64,000 nucleotides of DNA, from the NCBI GenBank assembly GCA_964016885.1, contig OZ024749.1:25792001-25856000 (forward strand), given 5' to 3'. Made by a program: the position numbers and the translations under genes. The stretch is from Eledone cirrhosa (taxonomy: Eukaryota). Under the pieces are notes generated by a model that did no database searches, had not been told where the DNA came from, and saw only the letters and a list, made by a program, of their open reading frames with translations. Positions 40,367 to 55,402 of this stretch are shown here, in pieces; the first letter of the stretch is position 1; each line of letters begins with the position of its first letter.

Positions 40367-41792
40367 TTTTTCTTTATTTGCCACAGGGGCGTACAAAAAT
40401 GGGACATTACAACATGTGACGACGGGGGTTTACATAAAAATCATATCACTTAACAATAATAAATAATAATAAACTATATATATAATAAAATAACAATTAA
40501 AATCCCCAATAGGGGGAAACGTTGCTGCAGGGCTGTTTTACACCCCGTGGAGAGAACAACCCTCAACACCAGGAACACGTTTTGTAGGTGTTCCTGTCTT
40601 CCCTTTGTTTATCTTCCTCAACCGTCAGGTATATACAGAGAAGGCCCATTCACTCGAGCCATTTTCGCCACATTCACCCACCTTTCAGCGAATTTACTGG
40701 GGTGTAGCACCTTTCTCTCCACTCTCACCTTCCTTCTGAAGTGATACTTAAAGAAGGGGAAAAGTTGTTGTCCGGGGAAAAAGGTGTTTTCCCTCAGTCC
40801 TTTTAACCTCGTCCACCATATTACCTCTTTCGCCATAGCCACCAGGCAGAGGAAGACCGCCTCTCTTTCATTCTTAAATGAAGGCAGCGGGGTGATCCTC
40901 ACAATGGACTCGGCTGACAACTGGATGCGTCCCACACGTGAAAGTAGCTGTTCGACATAATTCCACATGTCGGTCACCCCTGGGCACTGAACAATTGCGT
41001 GCAGAACGGTTTCGATGTCCTGCTCGCATCTTGGACAGGTCCTTTTGGCAGGATCTCTGCCAGGGCGTGTCTGTAGATTTTGTCTCGAACTGGTAGAGCT
41101 CCTCGGTAGCACTGCCAGGCCTGAGACATCTGGAAGTTATCCATAGGCACTGGACGGAAAGTCCTCCCAAACAGACTGGTCAGTTCGTCCTTCTCGATGC
41201 CTAGAGTTTCCCCGAGCAGGTCGTCGCACTTATGCACCACTAATCACCTATAGAATGTCGAAGTGGAGTCTCCGCTGATTGCCGTTTCCGCTTGGTAGAG
41301 GGCTGTGAGCGCCTGAAGGCACCGAAGTGCCAGGCACTCGTTTTCGGCCTTCGCTTGACCCAGGACCGCAGCTCTGTTAGTGGGAAGAGCTTGTTTCACA
41401 AACGACAGCCACACCGGTTCACCGGTCAGGAATACCGGGAGATGGCGTAGCCTCAGCGCCACCTCCGCTCGACCTTTCAAGGAGAGTTTGCACTCAGCCC
41501 ACTATTGGGTGTGTGCACACACCTCCGCCGTGACCTCGTTCCAGTTCTTGTCCACCTGGAGGTATGGACCAAACCAGACCCCGAGCAATTTCACCGGTCC
41601 TTCTGTCCAGCGTCCAACAACACTGTCGGAAGGCATGGGTTTGCCTCTCCATGTGCCGAGGTGCAAACCGACAGACTTGTTTGGATTTAGTCTGGGTCCT
41701 GTCAAAGTTTCGTATTCCTGTAATAGATTGCCGATTACCCTGATTTCCGAGGTTTTCGACACCATTACGGTTATTTCATCAGCATAGGCCGA
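40367..41792 (-). mobile_element. 5'-truncated Tx1/L1-like non-LTR retrotransposon (frameshifted ORF2 3' part)
   Basis: SAYADEITVMV, GPRLNPNKSVG, VKLLGVWFG, and the zinc knuckle CPRCEQDIETVLHAIVQC. It has an AATAAA/A-rich 3' end and (GATA)n on both sides. Confidence 0.85.
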
Positions 41793-41817
41793 CGATAGAT
41801 AGATAGGTAGATAGATT

Positions 41818-41898
<81 letters not shown>

Positions 41899-42281
41899 TG
41901 AGAAAAGAGAGAGCAAGAGAGAAAGATTTACAGAAAGATAGATGGATAGATTAAAAACTAACTTTTGATGTAAAGACAAAAGTAGACATAATTATTTCCG
42001 GTGTGTGCCAATGGCAAAATATTACACAATTTCACACGACATGATAACTTGCTTGGCATTCATAATAATAACAGCAGAGTTTTACCTTATACAGTAATCA
42101 ACATTCGTATTAATAATAGTCTTATCACTTGCTAGAATTAACTTTAGTTATATTGAAGCATGCCAAAAGAAGAAGTATGCATCTTGTAATTAGACGTTTT
42201 ATATATATATATATAAATGTATATATAAATGTAGATAGACATATACATATGTATATATAAATGTGTATGTATAAATATATG

Positions 42282-42377
<96 letters not shown>

Positions 42378-42403
42378 TATATATATATGTAAATATATAT
42401 ATA

Positions 42404-42467
<64 letters not shown>

Positions 42468-42470
<3 letters not shown>

Positions 42471-42637
42471 CGAGGAAGTTGTGGTAAGGTACCAGATGGA
42501 ATAAAACGCACCACAGTAATCAATACTTAGGGTTGTAGAATGGGCAATAGGAAAACGTATGACCCCGACGGCAGAGCTCTGCAATCCAGAAATAGCCGTC
42601 GAAACGGCTTGGCTTCTGCCGCCGGGGTCATACATTT
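42468..42637 (-). mobile_element. Family-L element with a fold-back end
   Basis: Tail plus tatgaccccgacggcagagc...gccgccggggtcata. Confidence 0.7.
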
Positions 42638-42649
42638 TGATATATATAC

Positions 42650-42950
42650 ATGGTGGCTGCCAACTCGTTTTCGAGTACGGCCACTACTTTATATCCATGT
42701 AGGAGAACCCCTACCGATGCGCTGAACGAGTGTGACTTTTTAGTCCAACCAGCGACTTGAAAACTCTGGTACAAACACTACACTTGTGACAATTATCGTC
42801 ACATAGTGCTGGGCCCATGGTACCATGTAACGACAAGTGCAGAGAGATCTCCAGATATAAAGCAATGCCAGTGCCGTGAAGCTTTTATAGTGAGAAAAGG
42901 CACTGCACAAGGCGAGTCCCACTCTCTTAACCAAGATGATCTTTTTGGTA
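42650..42950. mobile_element. Inverted partial copy of the 8170-8779 repeat
   Basis: Reverse complement of 8481-8779. Confidence 0.8.
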
Positions 42951-43022
42951 AATATATATATATATACATATATATATACATACATATTTATATATCTATC
43001 CACATATCTACACATATATACT

Positions 43023-43105
<83 letters not shown>

Positions 43106-43270
43106 TTGTATGTCAGTGTATGTGGTGAAAGGTGCTTAAAAATTGAGAAGAATTACACATATACATTATATATATATAAAATATATATATATATATATAT
43201 ATATGGAATACTGTTATATATATATATTATGGAATACTGTTGGCTTTCTGCTACAATATTTTCTATACCT

Positions 43271-43337
<67 letters not shown>

Positions 43338-43568
43338 ATATATATGTATGCGGATGTATGTGGATAGGTGTGAATATGTGGGTATGCGTGAGAGCGAGTG
43401 TGTGTACGAGAGTGTATCAGTAAGTGCTTTGCACTTCAAAATGGTGCAAATTATGAAGAAAAATGGGTCCTAAGTAGGCAAAGAGAAAAAGGCTTCAAAA
43501 ATGCAACACATATACTGACTTATGCGTATATATATATTTCTATATGCATATAAATATATATATACGTG

Positions 43569-43659
<91 letters not shown>

Positions 43660-43660
<1 letters not shown>

Positions 43661-44533
43661 AAGGTTTACATACATATATATATATATAAAGTCATAAATA
43701 CATATGTGTTTTGCAACGGGTTACTTTGTGGCTCAATGAGGAATTAATAAATTAAATAATCAGAGCTATATATCATAAAACATGTCTATAGAATCGCCAG
43801 ATAAAATATATACCGTTTCCTCTCCCAATTAGTATAATTAACCATACAGAAAATCAATTAGATCAAGCTATAAGAATAAAGGCTCCTATGAAGAAATCTC
43901 CGACAAATAACCGAACGCAGCCCCTTCGCGGCGGTTACGACGGTTTATTTATCGAATATTTCTACAGCATATATAAATCGACCAGATATACAGTCAACTA
44001 AACAGAAATAGGGGTAAAATAAACTAGAAGAAATTGTACATATTTAATTACTTCTACCATGGTTTCATCCGCATTTTAAGACATCCGATAACATTGGAAA
44101 TCTAGAGCTTCGGATTCTTCAGGAAGTTAGCTCAAATTTAGACAATTGATTTTCCAAAGTGATCGCGCCAAGAATACTTTCAAAAATGGCTAAGAATCGT
44201 GACGTGGCACCGCTAAAGTTAGAAAGGATGTGATTAGTTGCTTACGGCTGGTAGGCTCTTTTCTAGAAAGCGCAGCCCAATACAGCCAAAATTGTATCTC
44301 AACCTAACGGGAGATTATTACATATAAAGCTTTACATATATATATATATAAAGTAATAAATATATATGTGTTTTGCAGCGGATCACTTTGTGGCTCAATG
44401 AAGAATTAATAAATTAAATAATCAGAGCTATATATCATAAAACATGTCTATAGAATCGCCAGATAAAATATATACCGTTTCCTCTCCCAATTAGTATAAG
44501 TAACCACATAGAAAATCAATTAGCCCAAGCTAT
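43660..44533 (-). mobile_element. Retrozyme-like element (about 660-bp unit with about 205-bp direct terminal repeats)
   Basis: About 43660-43871 is repeated at about 44326-44533. It has an internal HHR, no ORF and (TA)n flanks. Confidence 0.8.
44049..44128 (-). ncRNA. Type-I hammerhead ribozyme (family G) with a long stem II
   Basis: acttc-CTGAAGA-atccg...cggat-GAAA-ccatgg-TA-gaagt. The core is intact and stem III is palindromic. Confidence 0.85.
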
Positions 44534-44548
44534 ATGTTTTATGATATA

Positions 44549-44640
<92 letters not shown>

Positions 44641-44874
44641 TGTATATATATACATATATATACATATATATACACACATATATATATCGTATTTCGTATA
44701 TATATAGTTTCCTATATATATATAAAGGAAAAGAGTCAGAACCACGTCGACTGAGCTCCTGCCGTTTCGACAGCTATATCTTAACATACAGTATATTGTC
44801 AAATATACTATACTTACATTCATGTATGCATTGCTATTTCAGATAACCAATACTAATATACATATATATATATA

Positions 44875-45063
44875 AGGAAGGATAGTGTGGTAAGGAACCA
44901 GATGGATCATAACGCACCAGAGTACTCAATATTTAGGGTAGTTGAGTGGGTAATAGGAAAACCTCTAACCCCGACGGCAGAGCTCAAGCCGTTTCGACGG
45001 GTATTTCTGGACAGAAATACCCATCGAAACGGCTTGAGATCTTCCGTCGGAGTTCAACTTTTT

Positions 45064-45066
<3 letters not shown>
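44875..45066 (-). mobile_element. Family-L element folded back on the HHR stem II
   Basis: ccgacggcagagctcaagccgtttcgacgggtatttctg-ga-cagaaatacccatcgaaacggcttgagatcttccgtcgg. Confidence 0.75.
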
Positions 45067-45127
<61 letters not shown>

Positions 45128-45513
45128 ATGATCGGAATTAAGAGTATTCCGCAGTTCACTGTAATAATAATAATAATAGTATTAGCTCAAAGAGGAATAG
45201 AGAATTTCCTTCTGAGCTCAAATGCAAGTATATATTATACAAAGAGAAGTGTGTTACACAGTGAGATGTGTGTAAAGAATTATTACAAGTGATTTTACCA
45301 TTGCTGTATATGGAACAATATATACAGGTTAGCAATAAATAGAAAAAAACCAATTCAGAATCAAATCTCTGGATTAGAGTTTTAAATCACAAACCTTATA
45401 ACTATATTTTGCTGATACGAATCTAGCTTCGTTTCACCATTTATATGTGCAGTATCTGTTCACAGGATCCTCAGTCAGCAAATGCGAACACTGAACACTA
45501 CACATCTAACCTC

Positions 45514-45890
<377 letters not shown>

Positions 45891-45974
45891 ATCTACTCCA
45901 AAAACTTGTCGAGTGCTTTATATCAGTTATAAAATATTTACTTGTTGTATCCCAACAATTTTAAATAGAACTTT

Positions 45975-46038
<64 letters not shown>

Positions 46039-46463
46039 GTATATATATATATATATATATCACCGACGCTAAGCAACGTCGAGCCTGCCTAGTGGGAAAC
46101 CAAGCTTCGGTAAGCATTTCTCTAGGGCGGTGCCTCAGCATGGCCTCAGCCGGATAGCTGGAGCAGGTACGAGAGTAAAAGAAAATATATACATATATAT
46201 TAGTGTACGTAGACAGACACGCACTTATATAGATGTATGTATGCGCATGAATCTCATACGTTCATTCGTTTGGATTTACAAAAGATACTCTTTCAAAATT
46301 ATATTAATGTATTTGTTCAGTTTGTAACTAATTCCCGCTGCTAGTTCACTATCACTTCGAAGTCACTATCCTTTCTTTTCTTTCTGAAATATATACATTA
46401 TTTTACTGTTTAACTGTCTCTATTTCTGAGTATTCATTAAACAACCCCTAAAATATATGTATG

Positions 46464-46593
<130 letters not shown>

Positions 46594-46668
46594 TATATAT
46601 AAATATAAATATATATACATGTGTAGTTATGTATATATATATGTATATATTTTTATATATACACATTT

Positions 46669-46719
<51 letters not shown>

Positions 46720-46720
46720 C

Positions 46721-46799
<79 letters not shown>

Positions 46800-47231
46800 C
46801 ATAGATATATATAATTTGGAGGGAAGCATATATACATTTAGGGTATGAAAATGATGGAGAGAATCGGTAAAATGTAAAATCATGAACTTCCATTCCAATT
46901 ACGAGACATCTAGTTGCCAATAGTGAGAGGTAAGTAGCAATTAGTGATAATGGAAGGTGAAGAATTTATCAGTTTTCGGCAGATGGAATCACGGAACTTG
47001 TTAAATTAGAGAACGTAAAGTTAACTGACGGATAATTATCTCATATTGTAAATATATATATGATTTTTCAAATACACGTCTATAGCTCTGTATGTGTATA
47101 TATGTATATATATATATATGTATGTATAGATATACACATACATATATATGTGCGTGTGTGTGTGCGTGTGTGTGTAACAATACACACACATGTATATGCA
47201 TGCATCTATGAATGAATATCAACATCAATAT

Positions 47232-47291
<60 letters not shown>

Positions 47292-47293
47292 GA

Positions 47294-47329
<36 letters not shown>

Positions 47330-47482
47330 TTATATGCATATATACATATGCTTATGTACATATGTATGTATATGTATGTGTGTTTGCATATCTCAATATA
47401 TGCATCCTATTTTGCACATATTTACACATCCCACACGCACACACAATTAATTACACATATACACGTGTGTGTATACACACTC

Positions 47483-47573
<91 letters not shown>

Positions 47574-47716
47574 TATACATAGATGTATATATACATATAT
47601 ATATATACATAGATGTATATATATATATATACATATATATACGTATATATACATATATATATATACACATTCATATATATATACATATATATATATACAC
47701 ATTCATATATATATAC

Positions 47717-47799
<83 letters not shown>

Positions 47800-47880
47800 T
47801 ATACACATTCATATATATATACACATATATATATATATATATATATACATATATATACATATATACGTATATATACATAT

Positions 47881-47962
<82 letters not shown>

Positions 47963-48189
47963 ATATATATATTCGCAATAAAATATTCGAGATATAGATC
48001 TATCCATCCACATAGAAATATGTTCCTATGTTATTTGATATAGTACATTAAATATAAATATATTATTATCTCAAATATCATACCTCTATTTTTTGCTTCA
48101 GATATACATACATATATTTACACACAGTATCATAGACATACACATACATACATACAGATATGTATATATATACATACACACACACACAT

Positions 48190-48275
<86 letters not shown>

Positions 48276-48409
48276 TATTGATGTGTAATGTTTAGTTTCT
48301 AATGGTGCATCAGTTTGGACACTTAATACTAATATCTGGGATTTTACATTTGGTACTTCACAAATATTGGTGTTATTAAGAATTAGAGTGATAATAATAT
48401 TTATAATAA

Positions 48410-51400
48410 TAAAAATGGCTTCCGATTAAGGCACAAGTCCAGCAAATTTAGGAGGAGTGGAAAGTCAATTAAATAGACATCCGTGCATTTTTGGTACTTT
48501 ATTATATCGACACCGTAAGGATGAAAGGCAATTTAACCATGGCGGCATTTGATCTCAGATCATAATGAGCTATATCTCTAGTTCAGAAAACATGGTGTCC
48601 GACACTCTACCAATTCTGACTATATAGGTTTCTGATTTAGGCAGAAGGCCAAACATTTTGGGATGTAAAGGTACGTAACTATGCCAGGGAGCATATACAT
48701 ATATAACATCATTATATTTATTGCAGCACATTTACGTCTCTTTACGGACTGAGTTCAAATCCGGCCGAGGTTAACTTTGCCTTTCATCCTTACGGGGTCG
48801 ATAAACTAAAGTACCAGTAATACACTGGGATAATTGCTGGCCTTGTGCCAAAAGTAGAACCAATTATATTTATAATATAACATCGGGCGGTGGATGGACA
48901 GTATCGTTTGAAGCATTGAGTTACGGCCCTTGCCATTCTGAGTTCAAATCCCGCCGAGATTAACTTTACCTTTCAACCTTACGGGTCGATAAAATAAAGT
49001 ACCAGTAATGTACTGGCTATTTGCTGGCCTTGTGCCAAAAGTAGAAACAATTATATTTATAATTGTTTCTACTTTTGGCACAAGGCCAGCAATTTACCAG
49101 TACATTACTGGTACTTTATTTTATCGACCCCGTAAGGTTGAAAGGTAAAGTTAACCTTTATATTTATAAAATAACATAATTATGCTTATACACAAGCGAC
49201 GCGCGTTTCGCGACTGATCGACTCAAGTTACGATTGGTAGTAATCGGGCCCGACTCTGAAATTGATCGCTCATTAGACTTGTCGGTGTGTTGGGTTCAGC
49301 TTGCAGAGGACATTTAATTAGACTAGTCAAAAATTAAAATCTTATTCGAAATAGGATAATGGAAGAGAACTAGTGTGTTAAACTTTATTAGGTACGAGAA
49401 AAAACACCTTAAATCTTCAGAAGTGTGCATGGTGTTGATGAGTGTAGCTATGTATACCTCCTCCCCAATAAATTCGTATTAAATCTAGCCCTGAACACTT
49501 TGATCCTCACTCTTTTTTTATTATGGGGAAATTTAATCATTAATAATTGTTTCTACTTTTGGCACAAGGTCAGCAATTATTCCAGTGTATTACTGGTACT
49601 TTATTTTATCGACCTCGTAAGGATGAAAGGCAAAGTTAACTTCGGCAGGATTTGAAATCAGGCCGTAAAGGGCCGTAACTCTATGCTGCAAAGCATAGTG
49701 TCTGACCTACCGATACTGCCAATCCACCACTTCAGTAATAATGATTTACGGTTTAGAATGTAAAGGGCCGTAGTTAAACATCACACAGCATGTTCTCCGC
49801 GGCTCTACCAAAACTGCTAATCCTGCGCCTATATTTATTTATCTGTAATAATTGTTTCTACTTTTGGCACAAGGCCAGCAATTTTTTATCGACCATGTAG
49901 GGATGAATGTCAAAGTTAACCTCGGTGGGATTTGAACTCAGACCGTAAAGGGCCGTAACTATACTGCAAAGCATAGCGTCCGATCCTCTACCAATACTGC
50001 CAATCCACCAATGGATTATCTGTAATAATTTCTACGTTTGGCACAAGGCCAGCAATTATTCCAATACATTACTGGTACTTTATTTTATCGACCCCGTAAG
50101 GATGAAAGACAAAGTGAAACTCGGCGGGATTTGAACTCAGACTATAAAGGGGCATAACTCTATGGTGCAAAGCATAGTGTCCGACTCTCAACCGATACTA
50201 CCAATCCACCAATGGATTATCTGTAAATATATCACATTACTATATCGTACAACTAATCCTCTAGTTTGCTTTCTTTATCAGTCATAACATCATGGCGGTG
50301 GATTGGTGGCATTATCGGTAAGATATTGGACAACATTCTTTGAAGCATATAGTTATGTCCCTTTATGCATCTGATTACAGAATCGATAAAGTAAAGAAAT
50401 AGTAGCACACTGAGATCGATCGATTTAATCGTTTTTCCCTTCCTCCAACGCGTAAATCAGAAACCATTATCAATCAGAACAGCATCGCAGTGGATTATCA
50501 GTTTCGTTAGAGTGTTGGACACCCTGCTTCACGGTATAATGTTACGTCCCTTTATGTTCGGATTTCAACTCTCATCGAGGTTAGTTTTGCCTTTCATTCT
50601 TACAGCGTCGATATAATCAAGTGCTAATAACACACTGGGGTCGATTTAATCGATTTTCCCCTCCGACAAACTCGTTGTCTTCTAGTCTAGGGCAGACACC
50701 ATATCACTCTCAACACCGAACTTGATGCTTACTTATTTACTCATTATCTGTATAAATATTTAACTCTCTCAAATTACAATCGCAATTACTACTAACATAA
50801 TTAAAACTGGTTATCCCCTAATCACTCTATTAAACTATTTGGTATTTCCTGTAGGCGTAAGCTACTTCCAGATAAGAAATAGAAAAACGCAATACACCTG
50901 GCATTTATAATTTACAATCTAAATTAAAATCGTAAATTATATTTTCTTAAATATATATAATAGGCATTGAAATTATTTCTGGGAGCTAGAAATTGATATT
51001 GTGTTTTACATGTATGTAAAAGTTGTTGATCTACATGGCTTGTATGTGTGTGTATATTAACAGTTCCGCTCTACAACATGTTTTTTAAATTTCAAACATG
51101 TACAACGGTATATCAATTTGATCTACAACAGTTTTTAATAATGGGATACATATTAATTATAATTGTTTCTGATTTAGGCTCAAGGCCAACAATTTTAGGG
51201 GAGGGGAAAGTCAATCAGGCTAACAATTTAAAGGGACAGGGGAATTTGAATTAATAGACCCCAGTGCATGACTCGTACTTTATTTTATCGATCCCGTAAG
51301 GATGAAAGGCAAAGCTAGCCTCGGCGGGACACATAGCAATTATAAAGATTACTAATCATGGCATAATGGCAACAATTTTTACCGGAGAGAAAAGTCGATT

Positions 51401-52230
51401 AAATCAACCCAGTGCATTACTGGTACTTTATTTTATCGACCCTGCATGGATGAACAACAAAGCTAACCAGCGGGATTTGAACTAGGATCGTAAAGGCAGT
51501 TAACTATGCCACAAAGCGTGGTGTCCGACGCTCTACCGATGATGTTAATCCACCGTCCTGATAGACACAGCAATATTAATGGTTTCTGATTTAGACACAT
51601 GGCCAACAATTTTTTTTTTTTTTTTGTGAGGGAGAAAAGCGATTAAATCGACCTCAGTCCATTACTGGTCGTTTATCATGTGACCCCGGTATGATGAAAG
51701 GCAAATTTGACCTTGATGCGATCTGAACTCAGAATGAAAAAAGTAGAAATAAAACCACAAAGCGTGTTAGCCGACACTCTACCGATTCTCCCAATCGGCC
51801 TATGTGTATCATAAATAATAGTTCTTGATTTAGTCACAAGACCAACAAATTGAAAGAACGGGGAAAGGTGACATAATCGACCCTAGTACGTTACTGGTAC
51901 TTTATTTTATCAACCCGTAAGAAGTAAAATCAAAGCTAACCTTGTCGGGATTTGAACTCAGAACGTAAACGGACATAACTCTATGTCTCGAAGCATTGTG
52001 TCCGTCACTCCTCCGATACCGCCAATCCACCGCAGTAATAATTGTTTCTATATTTGGCACAAGGCCAGCAATTTCCAAGTAGATTACTGCTACTTTATTT
52101 TATCGACCCCGTAAAGATGAAAGGCAAAGTTAACCTCGGCGGGATTTGAACTCAGATCATAAAGGGACGTAACTATTCTGGAAAGCATGGCGTCCGACTC
52201 TCTACCTATACTGCCAATCCACCGCTCTAA
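48410..52230. mobile_element. Dense cluster of about 14 full or partial tRNA-SINE copies
   Basis: The core ttttatcgaccccgtaaggatgaaaggcaaag recurs on both strands (about 48500, 48790, 48980, 49120, 49605, 49885, 50085, 50600, 51285, 51430, 51670, 51905, 52100). Confidence 0.85.
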
Positions 52231-54149
52231 TAATACCTTAAGAAGACTCACACATGACATAATATTTACCCATTACTCTTCTATCATTATCACTCAAGAT
52301 ATCTAAATCCTTATAAACCTATTAACACATTATCACCTTATAGGAAATAAACCCGTATTCTAAAATCAGTAAAACCTTAACTACCTCATGAGATGGTAGT
52401 ATTATTGTCATTACTTAGCTTCTGCAAGACAAATAGATTACAAATATCTATAAGATTATTATCCATCAAGGTGGTCTCCTGTACATGTTAAAAATCTGAT
52501 TGTTTAAATTCTAAACATCTAACTAATTGCTTTTGGTTTCTTCTCTTGAAGATAAGGGAAACGTATTTCTGCTACTTTTCTGGCTGATGTCAATGTGCGT
52601 TGAATTAAATATAGAAATATCCTTCTTTGTTTGTTTAGGATGTAATCTGTTAAATGCCTGTTAGGAATGTATACCTGGAGCATTAACATTAAGGTTTCTT
52701 TAGGATAAAGTGAAGAAATAGGATAGAGATACATATATATAATCAATTAACAGAGAGATATCGAATGTTGTTCAATAAAATGTATAGAAAGAGAAAGGAG
52801 TATTGGAAAGGATCAAAAATGTCTTAAATGTGAAGAAAAGGAAGGAAAGAGCGGTGACTATTATGCAACTGCAGGAATAAAGGGAGAAGAGTAGAGGGTG
52901 ATGGACTCTGCCCCTGGGCTAGAGCGTGGTTTCGGCTGCGTCCCGCGGACAAAATTACAAAGGCATTTTCGGTGAAAAATGGCCAGCGACACCCGTTGCT
53001 ACAGCCAACCTATCTCCTGGAGCTCCTTTCACAGACGAGCTACTGTCATTCCGATTTTCGGAGCAGCTTAGCAGATAAAGAATTCCACTTTTAGCATTCA
53101 GAAATGTTTTTAGTAGTGTTCTATAGATTTAAGAAATATGAATTTGCTATTTCGATTTGAATACCCATTGTATATATTCTAGGGTTATTGTAACTCTGTT
53201 GATATTAGATTGACCCCACCGGAGATTCAACAAAGGTAAGACAATAAATGGCCGTAGTTTCTTCTTTTGATCCTAGAGAAACCCTAGCGACAACATACCA
53301 GCTATAAGATACGAATGAACAATTTACAGATTATTTCCAAAACAAACAAAGAAGGAAAACCACTAAACTTAATTAAGTATACTTTCATCTTGCCCAGAAA
53401 AGCAGCAAACGTGTCCTCTATTATCAGAGAATACGCGAAAAGCAATTATTTATTAGAGCTTAAACAAGCAAATTTGCCATACGTAGAAGACCACGCGGAT
53501 GGATGAAAATCCTCTAGATATTAAAACCGATGCTTGGAGCATAAAGGAAATAATAAATTATTCATATAACCATTTAAGATCTACACTTAATTATTCTCTC
53601 CCATCTCCCTCTCTTTCCAAGAAATGTTTAACCTTTGTTAATACCACATGCACACTAAACAGATTGCGCCCACAGGCGATGATTGGAATGAGAAAATTGA
53701 ATAGAATTACTATATTTCGCCGTATGCTTGACTACATATCATAGTCTAATATAAGGTACAAGAACGGAAAACATGGGTATCAACATGCCTGGGAATCGAA
53801 CCAACGCCTTTTACTTTTGCGATAAGTCTCCTCACTAACTTGTAATCAACTAACACACTTACTACGGTATTAAAAGGTGTGGGCCGATTCTAGGCATGCT
53901 GATATCTATTTTCCCGTTTCTGTAGTCAAACATACCGTGAAAACTACTCATTGTATTCAGTATATTTCTATAAATATATGTATGTGGGGGGGGGGGGGGG
54001 GGGGCGTGAACTTCTCTCCATTTAAAATCAAAGAATGTAACTATGCGGATATAATTAACTGAATTTAAATCTAGATCATTTGAAGGTATGTTCCAAACAC
54101 ATTGATCTCTAATGAGTGGATGTGAAATACAAATGAATTCTTTAGTTTA

Positions 54150-54655
54150 AAGCATAGATACAACGGTTTAAAATAAAATCTTCATTGAACTGTTTAAATC
54201 AAAACATAGGAACAGAGGTTCAAAGTAAAATATACACTGAAGTGTTTAGATCAAATCAAAGGAACAAAGATCCAAAGTAACATCTACATTGAACTGTTTA
54301 GATCAAAATAATGTGACATAGTTTAAGGGATAATCTACGTTGAAGTGTTTAGATCGAAATATAGTAACAGATGTTCAAAGTAAAATCTAATTTGAACTCT
54401 TTAGATCAAATCATATTGACAGAGGTTTAAAGTAAAACCTACATTGAACTGTTTAAATCAAAATGTAGTGACAGAGATTCAAGGGGTAATCTAATTTGAA
54501 CTGGGTTGATCAAACCATAGGAAAAGAGATCCAAATAAAATCTAGATTGACGGGTTTAGATCAACACATAGTGACAGAGGTTCAAAGTAAAATCTAATTG
54601 AACAATATAGATCAAAACATAGTGGCAGGGGTTCAAGAGATAATCTACTTTGATC
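54150..54655. repeat. About 52-bp minisatellite, about 10 diverged copies
   Basis: Consensus is approximately aaaatctacattgaactgtttagatcaaaacatagtgacagaggttcaaagt. Confidence 0.8.
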
Positions 54656-54995
54656 TGAGGATCGTACGAACAGAAATCCGAAAGGTTGATGTATTGAAAC
54701 AGTTGTAAGGGATATTGAATGCATTCAGCTTTGAAATATTCATCGTTTACTGTTAGCCATTAATTCTACGAATGTGTAATTAGAGTGGTCGATGGAGTAA
54801 ATGACAACCCCCCCCCTCCCCTCACACACACACACACACACACACGGAATTGTCCCTGGTTGACCAACCCGCTACTGGTAATGTTGAATTGATTTTGAAA
54901 AGCTATTATTAACTTTAAAGCAGTTCTTAGTTTACACTGATATTTAATTTCACCACACAATTGAAACTATTAATTTTATGTATATATATATATAT

Positions 54996-55329
54996 TAGAA
55001 AGTGAAGTTTTTTTTACAAAATGAAAAATAACCGAGGTGTCCTACACAAGTGAATGTATAAAGAAATAAAGATGAAATCGAAAATGCAACTAGAGTCTTA
55101 TTTAAAAAATATATATATATTTGGTTCCTTTACCGGTTTCGCAGTTCTTCTGCTTTTCAAAAGTAGAGTTGAGATGGATGGTCTGCGGTTTTTCTCACAC
55201 AGACCCTCCATCTCACCTCTACTTTTGAAAAGCAGAATAACTGCGAAACGGGTAAAGGAACCAAATAAATATATATATTTTTTTTTTAAATAAGACTCCA
55301 GTTGCATTTTCGATTTCATCTTTTTTCTT

Positions 55330-55332
<3 letters not shown>
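54996..55332. mobile_element. Palindromic element (family H) with two opposed U3-A8 variant HHRs (55127-55163 minus, 55221-55258 plus)
   Basis: ctt-TTGAAAA-gcag-aagaa-ctgc-GAAA-ccgg-TA-aag. Arms at about 55069-55185 and 55200-55322. An inverted paralogue is at 58484-58841. Confidence 0.8.

Positions 55333-55396
<64 letters not shown>

Positions 55397-55402
<6 letters not shown>

Noticed and set aside
54150-54655. CRISPR-like array
   Set aside because: There are no unique spacers, the context is eukaryotic and there are no cas genes. It is an ordinary minisatellite.
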